Below, piece after piece: positions 26,456 to 35,499 of a stretch of DNA of 64,000 nt. Position 1 is the first letter of the stretch, and every line of letters starts with the position of its first letter. The stretch comes from Candidatus Latescibacterota bacterium (GTDB lineage: Bacteria; Latescibacterota; UBA2968; UBA8231), in assembly GCA_965248265.1 (NCBI GenBank), contig CBDFJF010000002.1:544001-608000 (forward strand). Reading direction: 5' to 3'. A program made the translations under genes and the position numbers. A model generated the notes under the pieces. That model was given only the letters and a program-made list of their open reading frames with translations. It did no database searches and was not told the origin of the DNA.

Positions 26456-29092
26456 ATGAAATGGACATGGACAGTGGTAACGTTGTTGATGGCGGGGCTG
26501 TCGTGGGCCCAGGATTCAGCGCTTTCACCGACCGCACACAGAACGGTTCCGACGGAACGTCCGAGCGAGAATATCGCCCTCGGAGCCAGCTACACGATGG
26601 AGCCCGGACCGGGTTACGAGCACTGCACGGACCCCGGTGACGTCGAGCAGCTGACGGATGGGGTCTACACGGAGGGTTATTTCTGGACGCAGAAGTCGAC
26701 GGTAGGCTGGGTCCGGGCAAAACCTGTGATCCTGACGCTGGATCTGGGCACGGTGAAGCCGATACGAGGGGTGTCGTTCCATACGGCTGGGGGGTTTGCG
26801 CATGTGGGATGGCCGGAGGCCATCTACATCTTCACGGCGGGTGAAGACGGGGTATTCCATGAGATCGGGGAGCTGGTGGGGTTGAGCGCGGCACAGCACG
26901 GACCGCTCGCACCGAAGCAGGCGACTGATGCCATGTGGGACCAGGACGGCACGAGCTTCAACAACGCCGAGATCCAAGACCACTACGATCGGCACCGCGA
27001 TCGCTACCCCGGTGAGATGACCCCCGAGCTGCGTGGGCAGGTCCGCCGTGATCTCTACGAACATCGCGACACCCATTACAGGTCCTATCGCTACTGGACA
27101 GACCGGTTGCAGACGCATGGCCGCTATGTCTGCCTGGTTGTATGGCCCGTGGGAAAGTACTCGTTCGTGGACGAGATCGAGGTCTACGCAGGAGAGCCCG
27201 CTTGGGTAAATGAGGCACTCCCAGGCCCGGGCTTCACAGACGTGAGTGCCCATGCGGACCTGATCGCCATCCGGGAGGGTATTCGGAGACGCCTGGTACA
27301 GGACATCGCGGCCCTGCGGCAGGCAGCCGCGGAGGACGGGGTCCCTGCCCAGACGCGGCGAGATGTGGTTGATGAATTGGCCGCCGTGGAAGCGGAGTTG
27401 GAACAGGCCTCGAGGGCGTACGGTGACGATTTCCGGGCCGTACTGCCGCTGAATTCATGGCACGAACGGGTTTTGCGTACGCAGGCATGGCTATGGCGCG
27501 CCAGGGGGTTGGAGCCGCTCACATTCTGGCAGTCATATTTGTGGGACCCCCTACCTCTCATCGGCGCACCCAGTACCGAGGCGGAGCTGGCGGTCGAGGT
27601 GCACCTGATGCGGAACGAACACCGCGCGGCGGCCTTCAATGTGAGCAACAGCAGCGACGAGCCAATGCAGGTGGCCTTCCGCTTGAGCGGGCTCCCCGGG
27701 GGCGACAATCCGGACTACGTGACCGTTCACGAGGTAGCCTGGACGGACACCTATTTCGGAGTGCCGGTGGCGGCGGCTCTCCCAGAGGTCGGTCCCGAAA
27801 ACGATCTGTACACAGTCTCCGTACCCGCGGGCATAACGCGGCAGGTGTGGCTGACCTTTAATCCGATGGACATCGACCCGGGTACCTACGAGGGTGCGGT
27901 GGTCGTGGAATCAACGCCGGGCGGCGAGGGGTTTCCCTTGCGCATGCACCTGTATCCGCTCGATTTCCCGGAGAAGCAGACGTTGCATTACGGCGGATGG
28001 GACTACACGGACCTGATCGGTCATTTCTCCCACGTAACAGAGCAAAACGTGTCGGCGTTCATCGAGCATCTGCGCGAACGCCTCGTCGACTCGCCGTGGG
28101 CCCACCCGGTGGCGTTGCCGCGCGGCACGCACGATGAGACGGGAGCGATGACGGCGCCACCCGCCACCGGCCACTTCGATGCCTGGATCGAACGGTGGCC
28201 GGATGCAGCCCAGTACATGGTGTTTGCAGAGGGGACCGAGAATTTCGAGTCATGGCCCAAGGGTACACCGGAATTCAATACCGCGGTGAAGGCGTGGGTG
28301 ACCTTCTGGGCCGGGCACATCAGGTCTAAGGGAATATCACCGGAGCAGTTCGCGCTGATGCTGGCGGATACACCTGCCAACCCAGAAGCGGACGCGCGCA
28401 TCCTGGCCTGGGCGAAGCCGATCCGCGAGGCCGGGACGGGTATCCGCGTCTGGGAGAATGTGATCCACGGTAGTATGGACGACGCGAACCAGGACATGAT
28501 CAACGCCTGCCATGTGTTGAGTCCCCACTATGGATCCTTTCTGAAACAGGGCGAGGCGTATCGCAACTACTTTCAGAAGAAACGCGATCAGGGGATCGCC
28601 CTCGAGTACTGGAATGCGTGGATGGGTCGGACCAAGGATCCGTACATGGGCCGGCTTATGCCGTGGACGTGCTGGCGTTACGGGGCGGAGGCCTTCCACG
28701 TGTGGTCGTTCGGCGACACGGGCGGCGCTTCATCGTGGAACGAATATGTGACTGCAAGGTTGCCTTACACCCCCATCTTCCTCGACGAGGTCTCGGTGAC
28801 GGCGGGCAAACACCTCGAGGCGACGAGGGAAGGGATCCAGGACTACGAGTACTTCGTCATGCTGGACCGGGCGATCCAGGAAGCCTCTGCTCAGGGGATC
28901 ACAGGTCCGGAATTGGAGCGCGCCCGTCGGTTGCTGGAGACTCTACCGACCCGTGTCTGCGACGCAGGGGGGCATGGGGACGACATCGAAGACGACGACT
29001 TTGACTGGCTGAACGAGAACGTGGACCGGACAATGGCGGACGAGGCGCGGATTCAGGTGCTGGCGGCGTTGACGGAGCTGGCGGAGTACTGA
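26456..29092 (+). CDS. Secreted discoidin-like + DUF4091 (GH123-like) protein, paralog A
   Basis: ATG 26456; signal peptide ending SWA; ENIALGASY...QLTDG...TLDLG...FVDEIEVY; MRNEHRAAAFNV; C-terminal KHLEATREGIQDYEY. Confidence 0.8.
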   Translation: MKWTWTVVTLLMAGLSWAQDSALSPTAHRTVPTERPSENIALGASYTMEPGPGYEHCTDPGDVEQLTDGVYTEGYFWTQKSTVGWVRAKPVILTLDLGTVKPIRGVSFHTAGGFAHVGWPEAIYIFTAGEDGVFHEIGELVGLSAAQHGPLAPKQATDAMWDQDGTSFNNAEIQDHYDRHRDRYPGEMTPELRGQVRRDLYEHRDTHYRSYRYWTDRLQTHGRYVCLVVWPVGKYSFVDEIEVYAGEPAWVNEALPGPGFTDVSAHADLIAIREGIRRRLVQDIAALRQAAAEDGVPAQTRRDVVDELAAVEAELEQASRAYGDDFRAVLPLNSWHERVLRTQAWLWRARGLEPLTFWQSYLWDPLPLIGAPSTEAELAVEVHLMRNEHRAAAFNVSNSSDEPMQVAFRLSGLPGGDNPDYVTVHEVAWTDTYFGVPVAAALPEVGPENDLYTVSVPAGITRQVWLTFNPMDIDPGTYEGAVVVESTPGGEGFPLRMHLYPLDFPEKQTLHYGGWDYTDLIGHFSHVTEQNVSAFIEHLRERLVDSPWAHPVALPRGTHDETGAMTAPPATGHFDAWIERWPDAAQYMVFAEGTENFESWPKGTPEFNTAVKAWVTFWAGHIRSKGISPEQFALMLADTPANPEADARILAWAKPIREAGTGIRVWENVIHGSMDDANQDMINACHVLSPHYGSFLKQGEAYRNYFQKKRDQGIALEYWNAWMGRTKDPYMGRLMPWTCWRYGAEAFHVWSFGDTGGASSWNEYVTARLPYTPIFLDEVSVTAGKHLEATREGIQDYEYFVMLDRAIQEASAQGITGPELERARRLLETLPTRVCDAGGHGDDIEDDDFDWLNENVDRTMADEARIQVLAALTELAEY

Positions 29093-29134
29093 GGTCGAGC
29101 CCGCGGCGACTGCCAGACCAACGCGGGGTGGAGC

Positions 29135-29260
29135 TTGTAGCGCAATGGTGCTATGATCGAATACGAGTCTTGTATTCAGGATGAGTACGATATGAAGGAG
29201 TTTGCGGTGCGCGATCCGGACGGCCACGTCATCGCCTTTGGCCAACACCACGAAGCATGA
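29135..29260 (+). pseudogene. C-terminal remnant of a VOC/glyoxalase/bleomycin-resistance protein
   Basis: RNGAMIEYESCIQDEYDMKEFAVRDPDGHVIAFGQ...*; in-frame TAG at 29138; its TGA overlaps the sulfatase ATG. Confidence 0.7.
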
Positions 29261-30693
29261 CCACTCGATCCGACAGTTCGACGCCAAACTTCCTCATCAT
29301 CATGTCGGACCAGCATACTCCGGAAACGATCGGGGGCATGGCGCATCCGGCCGTGCAGACACCGGCCCTGGATCAACTCGTGGCGGCCGGGGTTTCTTTC
29401 CGCAACACGTACTGCTGCTACCCGATGTGCACGCCGTCGCGTGCCAGCTTCATGACCGGTCGTCTAACGCCGGAGCACGGGGTGTGGGAGCTCGGCACGC
29501 CGTTGAGCTCGGACCTGCCGACATGGGCGCACGTGCTTCGCCGGGCAGGCTACACCACATCGATCAGCGGCCGTATGCACTTCGTCGGGCACGATCAGAT
29601 GCACGGCTTCGAGCGACGGGTGCACGACGACTTCAAAGAGATGCCGACTCCGTACTGCTACGCTGACTGGGACCAACCGCTGCGGGATGAGCACCACATG
29701 CTTGGCGCGGTCAAGAGCGCGGCCCCGACGGCCGAGCCGACGAAGGCGGAGAGTTTTGACAAGGCCGTCACCGAGGCTGCGATGCAGGAGTTGTCATTCC
29801 TCGCCGGGCAGAGCGATCGCCCGTGGGGGCTCATGGTCGGCCTCTATCTGCCGCACTTTCGGTACGCGATCAGCCAGGAGTACTACGACAGATATGATGG
29901 GGTAGACATTCCCCTGCCCCGTACTCCACCTGATGGTCGCAGCTACGAGGACTCGGTGCCGGCACAGCTGGAGGGCAGCAGACGATGGCTGGGGTTGACC
30001 AGTGATGGCGTATCTGAAGAGGAGGTTCGGACCGCGCGCCGGTGTTACTACGGCATGATCACCTGCATGGACGAGCAGATCGGCAGACTGGTGTCTCAAC
30101 TCGATCGACTGGGGGTCGCTGACAACACCTGGGTGGTCTATTTGTCCGATCACGGCGACAACATGGGGGAGCACGGCTTCTGGTCGAAGCTGAACTTCTA
30201 CGAGGACAGCGTTCGCGTTCCCATGATCGTCGTGCCTCCGGCCTGCGCAAACGCAGGTGCCCAGTGCCCAGCCCCCGTATCGACAGTCGATTGGATGACG
30301 ACATTCCTCGATCTCACCGGGCAGGATCGGGGATTCGAAGAGCTGTCCGGGCGTTCCCTGGTGCCGTTGCTCGAGGATCCATCCGAGCAATGGCCTGAGC
30401 GGGTTATCCTTTCAGACTACGCCTGTGAGGGCACGCGCGTGCCGATGAGGATGATTCGCCGAGGCCGATGGAAGGCCTGGTTTGCGCCTGACCTGCCTCC
30501 ACTCCTGTTCGACCTGGAGGAGGATCCGCATGAGTGGAATGATCTCAGCGAAGAGGCCTCCTGCCAAGACATCCTCAAAGATCTCCACCACCTTGCCCGC
30601 GAGAACGGATGGGATGCCGAAGCGTTGCTAGAGGACATTCTATTGCACAAGCGTCGATTGAAATACATTGAGCAGGCGGAATCCGGTACGTAG
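29257..30693 (+). CDS. Formylglycine-dependent sulfatase (choline-sulfatase-like)
   Basis: PNFLIIMSDQH, CTPSRASFMTG (CxPxR), GRMHF, SDHGDNMGEHG, VRVPMI, LFDLEEDPHE. Confidence 0.9.
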   Translation: MTTRSDSSTPNFLIIMSDQHTPETIGGMAHPAVQTPALDQLVAAGVSFRNTYCCYPMCTPSRASFMTGRLTPEHGVWELGTPLSSDLPTWAHVLRRAGYTTSISGRMHFVGHDQMHGFERRVHDDFKEMPTPYCYADWDQPLRDEHHMLGAVKSAAPTAEPTKAESFDKAVTEAAMQELSFLAGQSDRPWGLMVGLYLPHFRYAISQEYYDRYDGVDIPLPRTPPDGRSYEDSVPAQLEGSRRWLGLTSDGVSEEEVRTARRCYYGMITCMDEQIGRLVSQLDRLGVADNTWVVYLSDHGDNMGEHGFWSKLNFYEDSVRVPMIVVPPACANAGAQCPAPVSTVDWMTTFLDLTGQDRGFEELSGRSLVPLLEDPSEQWPERVILSDYACEGTRVPMRMIRRGRWKAWFAPDLPPLLFDLEEDPHEWNDLSEEASCQDILKDLHHLARENGWDAEALLEDILLHKRRLKYIEQAESGT

Positions 30694-30952
30694 ACTAGTC
30701 AGCAGGCACCATGATCAAGGTCACGCCATTCGAATCGTTCCGTCAGCGGCCCGATGTGCCTGCCGAGCTGAAAGAAGACAGCCGGGCGAAACGACGACTG
30801 AGCGGAACGACATCACTAACCGATTGGATGACTCCGCTCCTCACGATCCCTTGGTAAGGCGCGATGAAAACCCTGTTCATCATGGGTAGCCGCAATCCGA
30901 ACGGCCAGACTGCGAGGGCTGCGGCTCCTGTGGGCAGCGCGAATAGTGTGGT

Positions 30953-31729
30953 ATGAGTCATCCCCTTACACCACAACGGATTCTCGATCTCGAAGGCGCC
31001 TACGAGATCCGTGACACCGGCGGGTATGCGACGAGGGACGGCAGACAGACCCGGTGGAAAACCCTGCTGAGGGCGGCCAACCTGGACCAGCTGACCCCCG
31101 AGTCGCAGGAGGCTCTCATCGACTACGGCGTGCGCACGGTCATCGACCTGAGAAAACCGAGCGAGTTGGAGCGCCGACCCGATGTCTTCGCCGGTTCGGC
31201 GAAGGTGAACTACCGCCATCACGACATGGTCGGCGAAGACCTCCACCTCGAGATCAAGGACGCGGTGTCCACACATGGATTGGGTCCTTACATCGGACGC
31301 TGGCTGCATGAGACGACCCTCAAGATCCTCGATCGGCGACACGCCGAGGTATGCGCCACCCTGACGACGCTGGCCCAGCCGGGAGGACTGCCCGCGATCG
31401 TCCACTGCTCTGCCGGCAAAGGTCGAACGGGGTTGATCATAGCGATGGTCCTCGATCTCGCCGGTGTGCCCGCCGAGACGATCGCCGAGGATTACGCGTT
31501 GACCGCTGCGGTCAGGTGGCGCCGCCGCACCGGGAAGGATCCTTCCCCGGGTGAGACCGAGGAAGGCAGGACCTGGGAGGAGTACCTGCAGATCAGCAGC
31601 CCACCGAGCGCGATGCTCAAGACGCTGGATCTGATCGAGCACCGGTACGGTGGCGTCGAAGCGTATGTTGAGGACGGCGGCGTGACAGATGAACAGATCC
31701 GGCAGATCCGGAACACCGTAGTGGCCTGA
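30953..31729 (+). CDS. Tyrosine/lipid phosphatase (Y_phosphatase3, MptpB/IphP-like)
   Basis: IRDTGGY, VRTVIDLR, P-loop HCSAGKGRTG (Cx5R), IAEDYALT, YGGVEAY. Confidence 0.88.
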   Translation: MSHPLTPQRILDLEGAYEIRDTGGYATRDGRQTRWKTLLRAANLDQLTPESQEALIDYGVRTVIDLRKPSELERRPDVFAGSAKVNYRHHDMVGEDLHLEIKDAVSTHGLGPYIGRWLHETTLKILDRRHAEVCATLTTLAQPGGLPAIVHCSAGKGRTGLIIAMVLDLAGVPAETIAEDYALTAAVRWRRRTGKDPSPGETEEGRTWEEYLQISSPPSAMLKTLDLIEHRYGGVEAYVEDGGVTDEQIRQIRNTVVA

Positions 31730-31895
31730 TCAGTCTAGGGCCGCCGAAGAGGACTAAAGCCGGGGCCGGAATCCACCCTCGCCCGCCCCCGCAAGGCCAA
31801 AGTACCCATCCCGTCCATCACAAAAGCTCAGATCCGCCAGCGGCCGCACCCACTCGGCGCGGCGCGACGCCAGGTGCGCGAGGCCGTCGACGGGA

Positions 31896-34889
31896 CTAAT
31901 ACAACACGTTCTGCCCATACCCCAAGAACAGGCGCACGAAGATCTCCGTCGTGTCATAGCTCTCGAGGAAGCGGAACTCGTCGGCGTACTCCAGTCGGTC
32001 CTGCCTGAACCCCAGGTTCGTGGAGATCTTGTACCCCGAGTAATCCGACATGTTTGAGAGGAAGACCGTCCGGGTCCGCCGCTTAAAGCTGTTGCGCGGC
32101 TCCGCCAGGTCGGTCTCCTCGAACCACCAGCCCGGCACCCCCTGCAGACCCGCCTTCAACTCCGTCGCCGGCGACAGCTCATAGCGGGTCATGACGATGG
32201 GGACGACCGTGTGCACGTGTTCCAACGCCCGCGCTGCCTCGCGCCGCGTCCGCTTCAACCACAGCCCCTTCAGGGCCGGCTGCAGCGTCAACTGCCCCCA
32301 GCGCCACGTGTAGTCGGCCTGCTGCACCCACGCCAGGGAGCGAAGCCGGTCCGCCGCCTGCTCCGAGCCGTCGTCGAGCGGGCCCCCATACTGACGGTTG
32401 TGCTCCAGCTTCAGCCGCGTCGTGATCCGCCAGCCCGGAAGCCACCGCAGCGTGCCCGATACATACAACCGGTTCGCCAGGCTGTTGCGATAGTTCAACG
32501 GATCGGGGGTGAACGTCGGAGAATACGCGAAGCGCCCCGGCTGAAACGCTGATCCTGGGCTTTGCTGTACTACCGTGGCCCTCTCCGCCCAGCTGAACAC
32601 GTCGTCCGGCACATCGTCCCACACCCGCTTCAGCTCGTTCTCGATCAGCCATTCACCCACCCCGGGACGCTCCTCTTCATACCGCAGCCGCACGTAACGC
32701 TGGTCGTTGCGGCCGCCGCCGGCAATCTGATGCGATTGCAGCCAGCCCACTGTCGCCCCCGCGCCCTCCCAGGGCTTCCAGCGCACATAGCCATGGGCTC
32801 CCCGCAGATCCCGGTCATACGGAAGGTCCTCCTTCTGGTCGTCCTCGCGCTCATCCACGACATCGTTGTTGTTGAAATCCAGACCATACACGTAGTCATC
32901 CGTATCCACTTCGTAGAGCAGGAACGGCTCCAGAAAATCGGGCAGGGAATTCTGGTTGCGGTTGGTATCCGGGATGCCGTCGTTGTCCGCATCGTTGCCG
33001 GGAAACACGGCCAGATCACGGGGAGCCGAGCCCCGGATCTTGCCCTCCGGATTGGGGTCCCCATCATCATTGTCCTCGAGAAGAGAGAAGAAGGTCGTCT
33101 TGTTCTTCAGGTAGGGGAAGCCTCCCCCAAGCACCAGTTCACCGGGCCTGTTCGTCAGTCGCTGGTTGAACGTGGGGCCGATGGAAAACAGCTCGCCCCC
33201 GAATCCATAGCGCGCCGTCTCCCGCTCGAGTTGAAGATACCCGGCCCGTTCCCGCTCGTGGTGGCGCACGCCATTGCCCTCGTAGAGCACCGGGTCGGTG
33301 CCGATGAGGTCCAGCTGTTCCCCGGGCACCCCGTCCCGGTAGCGGCTGTAGGTGATGCTCTGTGCAAACTCCCCACGCACCCGCAGACCCACGAGGTCCA
33401 GCGCCATGTTCACCCCCCACACCGATTGCCCGGTCTCATTGCCGATCGGAAACCGTATCCGCTCGACGTTCGACAAATCCTGAACGTTCCCCTCGGCGCG
33501 ACGCACCGTCTTGTAGAACGGCGCGCTGTAGCGAGAGTCATACTTTTCTTCACGCGGATTCGACACGCTGATGTCGGCGACTTCGATATGGTAGTCGTTG
33601 CCCACCGACACCGCCACCGCCACCGAGCGCACGTGGGTCAACCCCTCCAAATCGAAGTAGTACACCAGAGCCTCGGTCCCATCCGCACGATGAACCTGGC
33701 GCGGGTCTTCCCAGCCGATAAACCGCTCCAGACGCTCGACGTCGGCGAAGTCGGACACATCCTCTCCCTGCGCGAGATCCCGCCGATACAGGTAGTCGGC
33801 ATACAGCGGCTTCTCCAGCCCGAAATAGGGACCCGGGGTGAGCCCCACGTTCTCGTAGTAGAAGCTGGGCCGGAAATTCCCGTCGACCCCCGTCCTCCCG
33901 ACCACCGTGAACCGGTTCTCCAGATCCCGACGCACCACGTCCGGTGCCATATCCGGGCGCGCTTGACCGTTGACCACCAACTGCACCCCGTACACCACCG
34001 GACCGCCGCGTCCATCGCCCGGAGAATCGTCCGAGATCCGCACCGCGATGAGCGCCGGAATCTCCTGCGTGGCGTGCAGATCCCCCCTCAAATCGGTCGT
34101 CGGATAGCGCTTGTCGAAAAAGTGCAGGTTGGCAAACGTGGCGCCCAACCGCAGCGGCCCCGCCTCGCGCTCGTAGTGTCCGCCCAGGATAATTGCCGAA
34201 TCGTCGCCGCCTCCCTGCAAGCCAGCTCCTCCCGTGTAGCCCAAATACTGGTAGGAAGCCACCAGGCTCAGGGCATCGCCGAACGGGCTCAGGATGTCCC
34301 CCCGGGCGCCCTGCAGCGCCACCCGATTCAACGTCAGCGGTGTGAACCGCGTGATGATCCCCTGGGTCCAGAAACTCCCCAGCACAGAATTCCGCGAAAA
34401 GATCAGATTACTCGCCCATCCCGAATAGGTCTGCCCGCCCATGGACAGGACCCCGTGGAAGTTGGTGAGGTTAGCTTGAATGCTACTGCCTCCACTGCGG
34501 ACGTCCCCTGCCGTGGACTGGTCGGCGGTCCAGGTACCCAATTCCCGACCGCTGATCAGGAAGTTGCCCAGCGGATCGTAGATGTTCGACCATGGCGGTC
34601 GACTCGTCAGCGAATCGTAGTTCCGATACCCCGTGAAGGCGTAGTTGTGATACACCCCACCCGTGTCCCCCAAAAACATCTGATCCGGCACGACCGCCGG
34701 CACCTCCGGTGTCTCCTTCCACCGACGCTGTGCCGTCCACACCTCCTCCCCCTGCGCCTGAGCCTCGACCCCGCTCTCCAGCACCACCATCAACAGGAAC
34801 GGAGACAGGGCAAGAGATGCACGTCTCCCCTGGAAGCGACGGCGCCTGCCTGTCTCGTGATCACGCGCGATGTCGGGCATTGCTATCAT
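31896..34889 (-). CDS. Large hypothetical secreted / outer-membrane-like protein with Asp-rich Ca-binding-like loops (997 aa)
   Basis: Arg-rich n-region plus hydrophobic signal (AQA); amphipathic beta-strand pattern; DNDDGD, DADNDGIPD and DFNNNDVVDERED motifs; aromatic C-terminus. Exact start uncertain (34889 or 34880). Confidence 0.75.
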   Translation of the reverse strand: MIAMPDIARDHETGRRRRFQGRRASLALSPFLLMVVLESGVEAQAQGEEVWTAQRRWKETPEVPAVVPDQMFLGDTGGVYHNYAFTGYRNYDSLTSRPPWSNIYDPLGNFLISGRELGTWTADQSTAGDVRSGGSSIQANLTNFHGVLSMGGQTYSGWASNLIFSRNSVLGSFWTQGIITRFTPLTLNRVALQGARGDILSPFGDALSLVASYQYLGYTGGAGLQGGGDDSAIILGGHYEREAGPLRLGATFANLHFFDKRYPTTDLRGDLHATQEIPALIAVRISDDSPGDGRGGPVVYGVQLVVNGQARPDMAPDVVRRDLENRFTVVGRTGVDGNFRPSFYYENVGLTPGPYFGLEKPLYADYLYRRDLAQGEDVSDFADVERLERFIGWEDPRQVHRADGTEALVYYFDLEGLTHVRSVAVAVSVGNDYHIEVADISVSNPREEKYDSRYSAPFYKTVRRAEGNVQDLSNVERIRFPIGNETGQSVWGVNMALDLVGLRVRGEFAQSITYSRYRDGVPGEQLDLIGTDPVLYEGNGVRHHERERAGYLQLERETARYGFGGELFSIGPTFNQRLTNRPGELVLGGGFPYLKNKTTFFSLLEDNDDGDPNPEGKIRGSAPRDLAVFPGNDADNDGIPDTNRNQNSLPDFLEPFLLYEVDTDDYVYGLDFNNNDVVDEREDDQKEDLPYDRDLRGAHGYVRWKPWEGAGATVGWLQSHQIAGGGRNDQRYVRLRYEEERPGVGEWLIENELKRVWDDVPDDVFSWAERATVVQQSPGSAFQPGRFAYSPTFTPDPLNYRNSLANRLYVSGTLRWLPGWRITTRLKLEHNRQYGGPLDDGSEQAADRLRSLAWVQQADYTWRWGQLTLQPALKGLWLKRTRREAARALEHVHTVVPIVMTRYELSPATELKAGLQGVPGWWFEETDLAEPRNSFKRRTRTVFLSNMSDYSGYKISTNLGFRQDRLEYADEFRFLESYDTTEIFVRLFLGYGQNVLY

Positions 34890-34946
34890 CCCACTCGTTC
34901 ATCGGGCTCGTGAGGTGGGACACAAGCTGCTGATGATGCTCTGGGT

Positions 34947-34974
34947 ACTATACCTGTGAGTTGGGGGATGTCAA
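34947..34974 (-). promoter_or_regulatory. Sigma-70-type promoter for the 997-aa gene
   Basis: Minus strand TTGACA-N16-TATAGT, about 58 nt upstream of the ATG. Confidence 0.65.
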
Positions 34975-35077
34975 TGCCAATCGAACTCGTTGAGGGAATG
35001 ATCGGCACGTGCTCGTTTTCCTAATTGTGAGGATTGGTGCGTATCGCCCAGAACTCAGGGCAGCAACGTCTGCGCGG

Positions 35078-35395
35078 TGGTACTGGTTGGCAGACCTATG
35101 CCACCGCGAAGGTCTGAGCTTCGTGTTGGCTCACGCCCTGTACCTGAAGGCGGTTCACGGCGGCAAGACCAAGAACGACCGCATCGACGCCCACAAAATC
35201 GCTGCCCTGTTGCGTGGCGGCAACATCCCGATCGCTTACACCTATCCTGCCCACATGAGGGCCACCCGCGACTTGCGTCGCCGTCGGACCCACCTCATGC
35301 GCAAGCGCGCCGAGTTGGTGACACACATTCAAAACACCGCCTCCCAGTACAATCTGCCGAGCTCAGCTATCCGGGTCAGCGTGCCGGCGTTGCCC
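35078..35395 (+). mobile_element. IS110-family transposase, internal fragment
   Basis: WYWLADLC...LAHALYLKAVHGGKTKNDRIDAHKIAALLRGG...MRATRDL...HIQNTASQYNLP, then frameshifted LSYPGQRAGVA; KxDxxDA motif; both ends lost. Confidence 0.85.
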
Positions 35396-35499
35396 CGCGG
35401 CCCCATGATCTATTCATTCTGCTCGAGTGCGTCCCGCACATCCGGTTTTCGCCGCCGGGTCCCTTCCCATTCGGTTTCCGATTGCTTAGGGTACGAAAC

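Noticed and set aside
30735-30795. Hammerhead-ribozyme-like arrangement (CCGATGT...GGCGAAAC)
   Set aside because: The core deviates from CUGANGA at two invariant positions with an extra nucleotide, and stem I is only 3 bp.
32562-34913. 783-aa plus-strand ORF, and similar long antisense ORFs (94-681, 10976-12049, 13278-14405, 17712-19118, 30743-31642, 43012-43896, 53915-54949)
   Set aside because: Each mirrors a better-supported gene on the opposite strand; a typical artefact of high-GC codon bias, with no motifs.
35077-35499. 141-aa N-terminal extension of the TonB receptor in the ORF track
   Set aside because: It is an off-frame read of the IS110 fragment; the signal peptide starts at ATG 35500.
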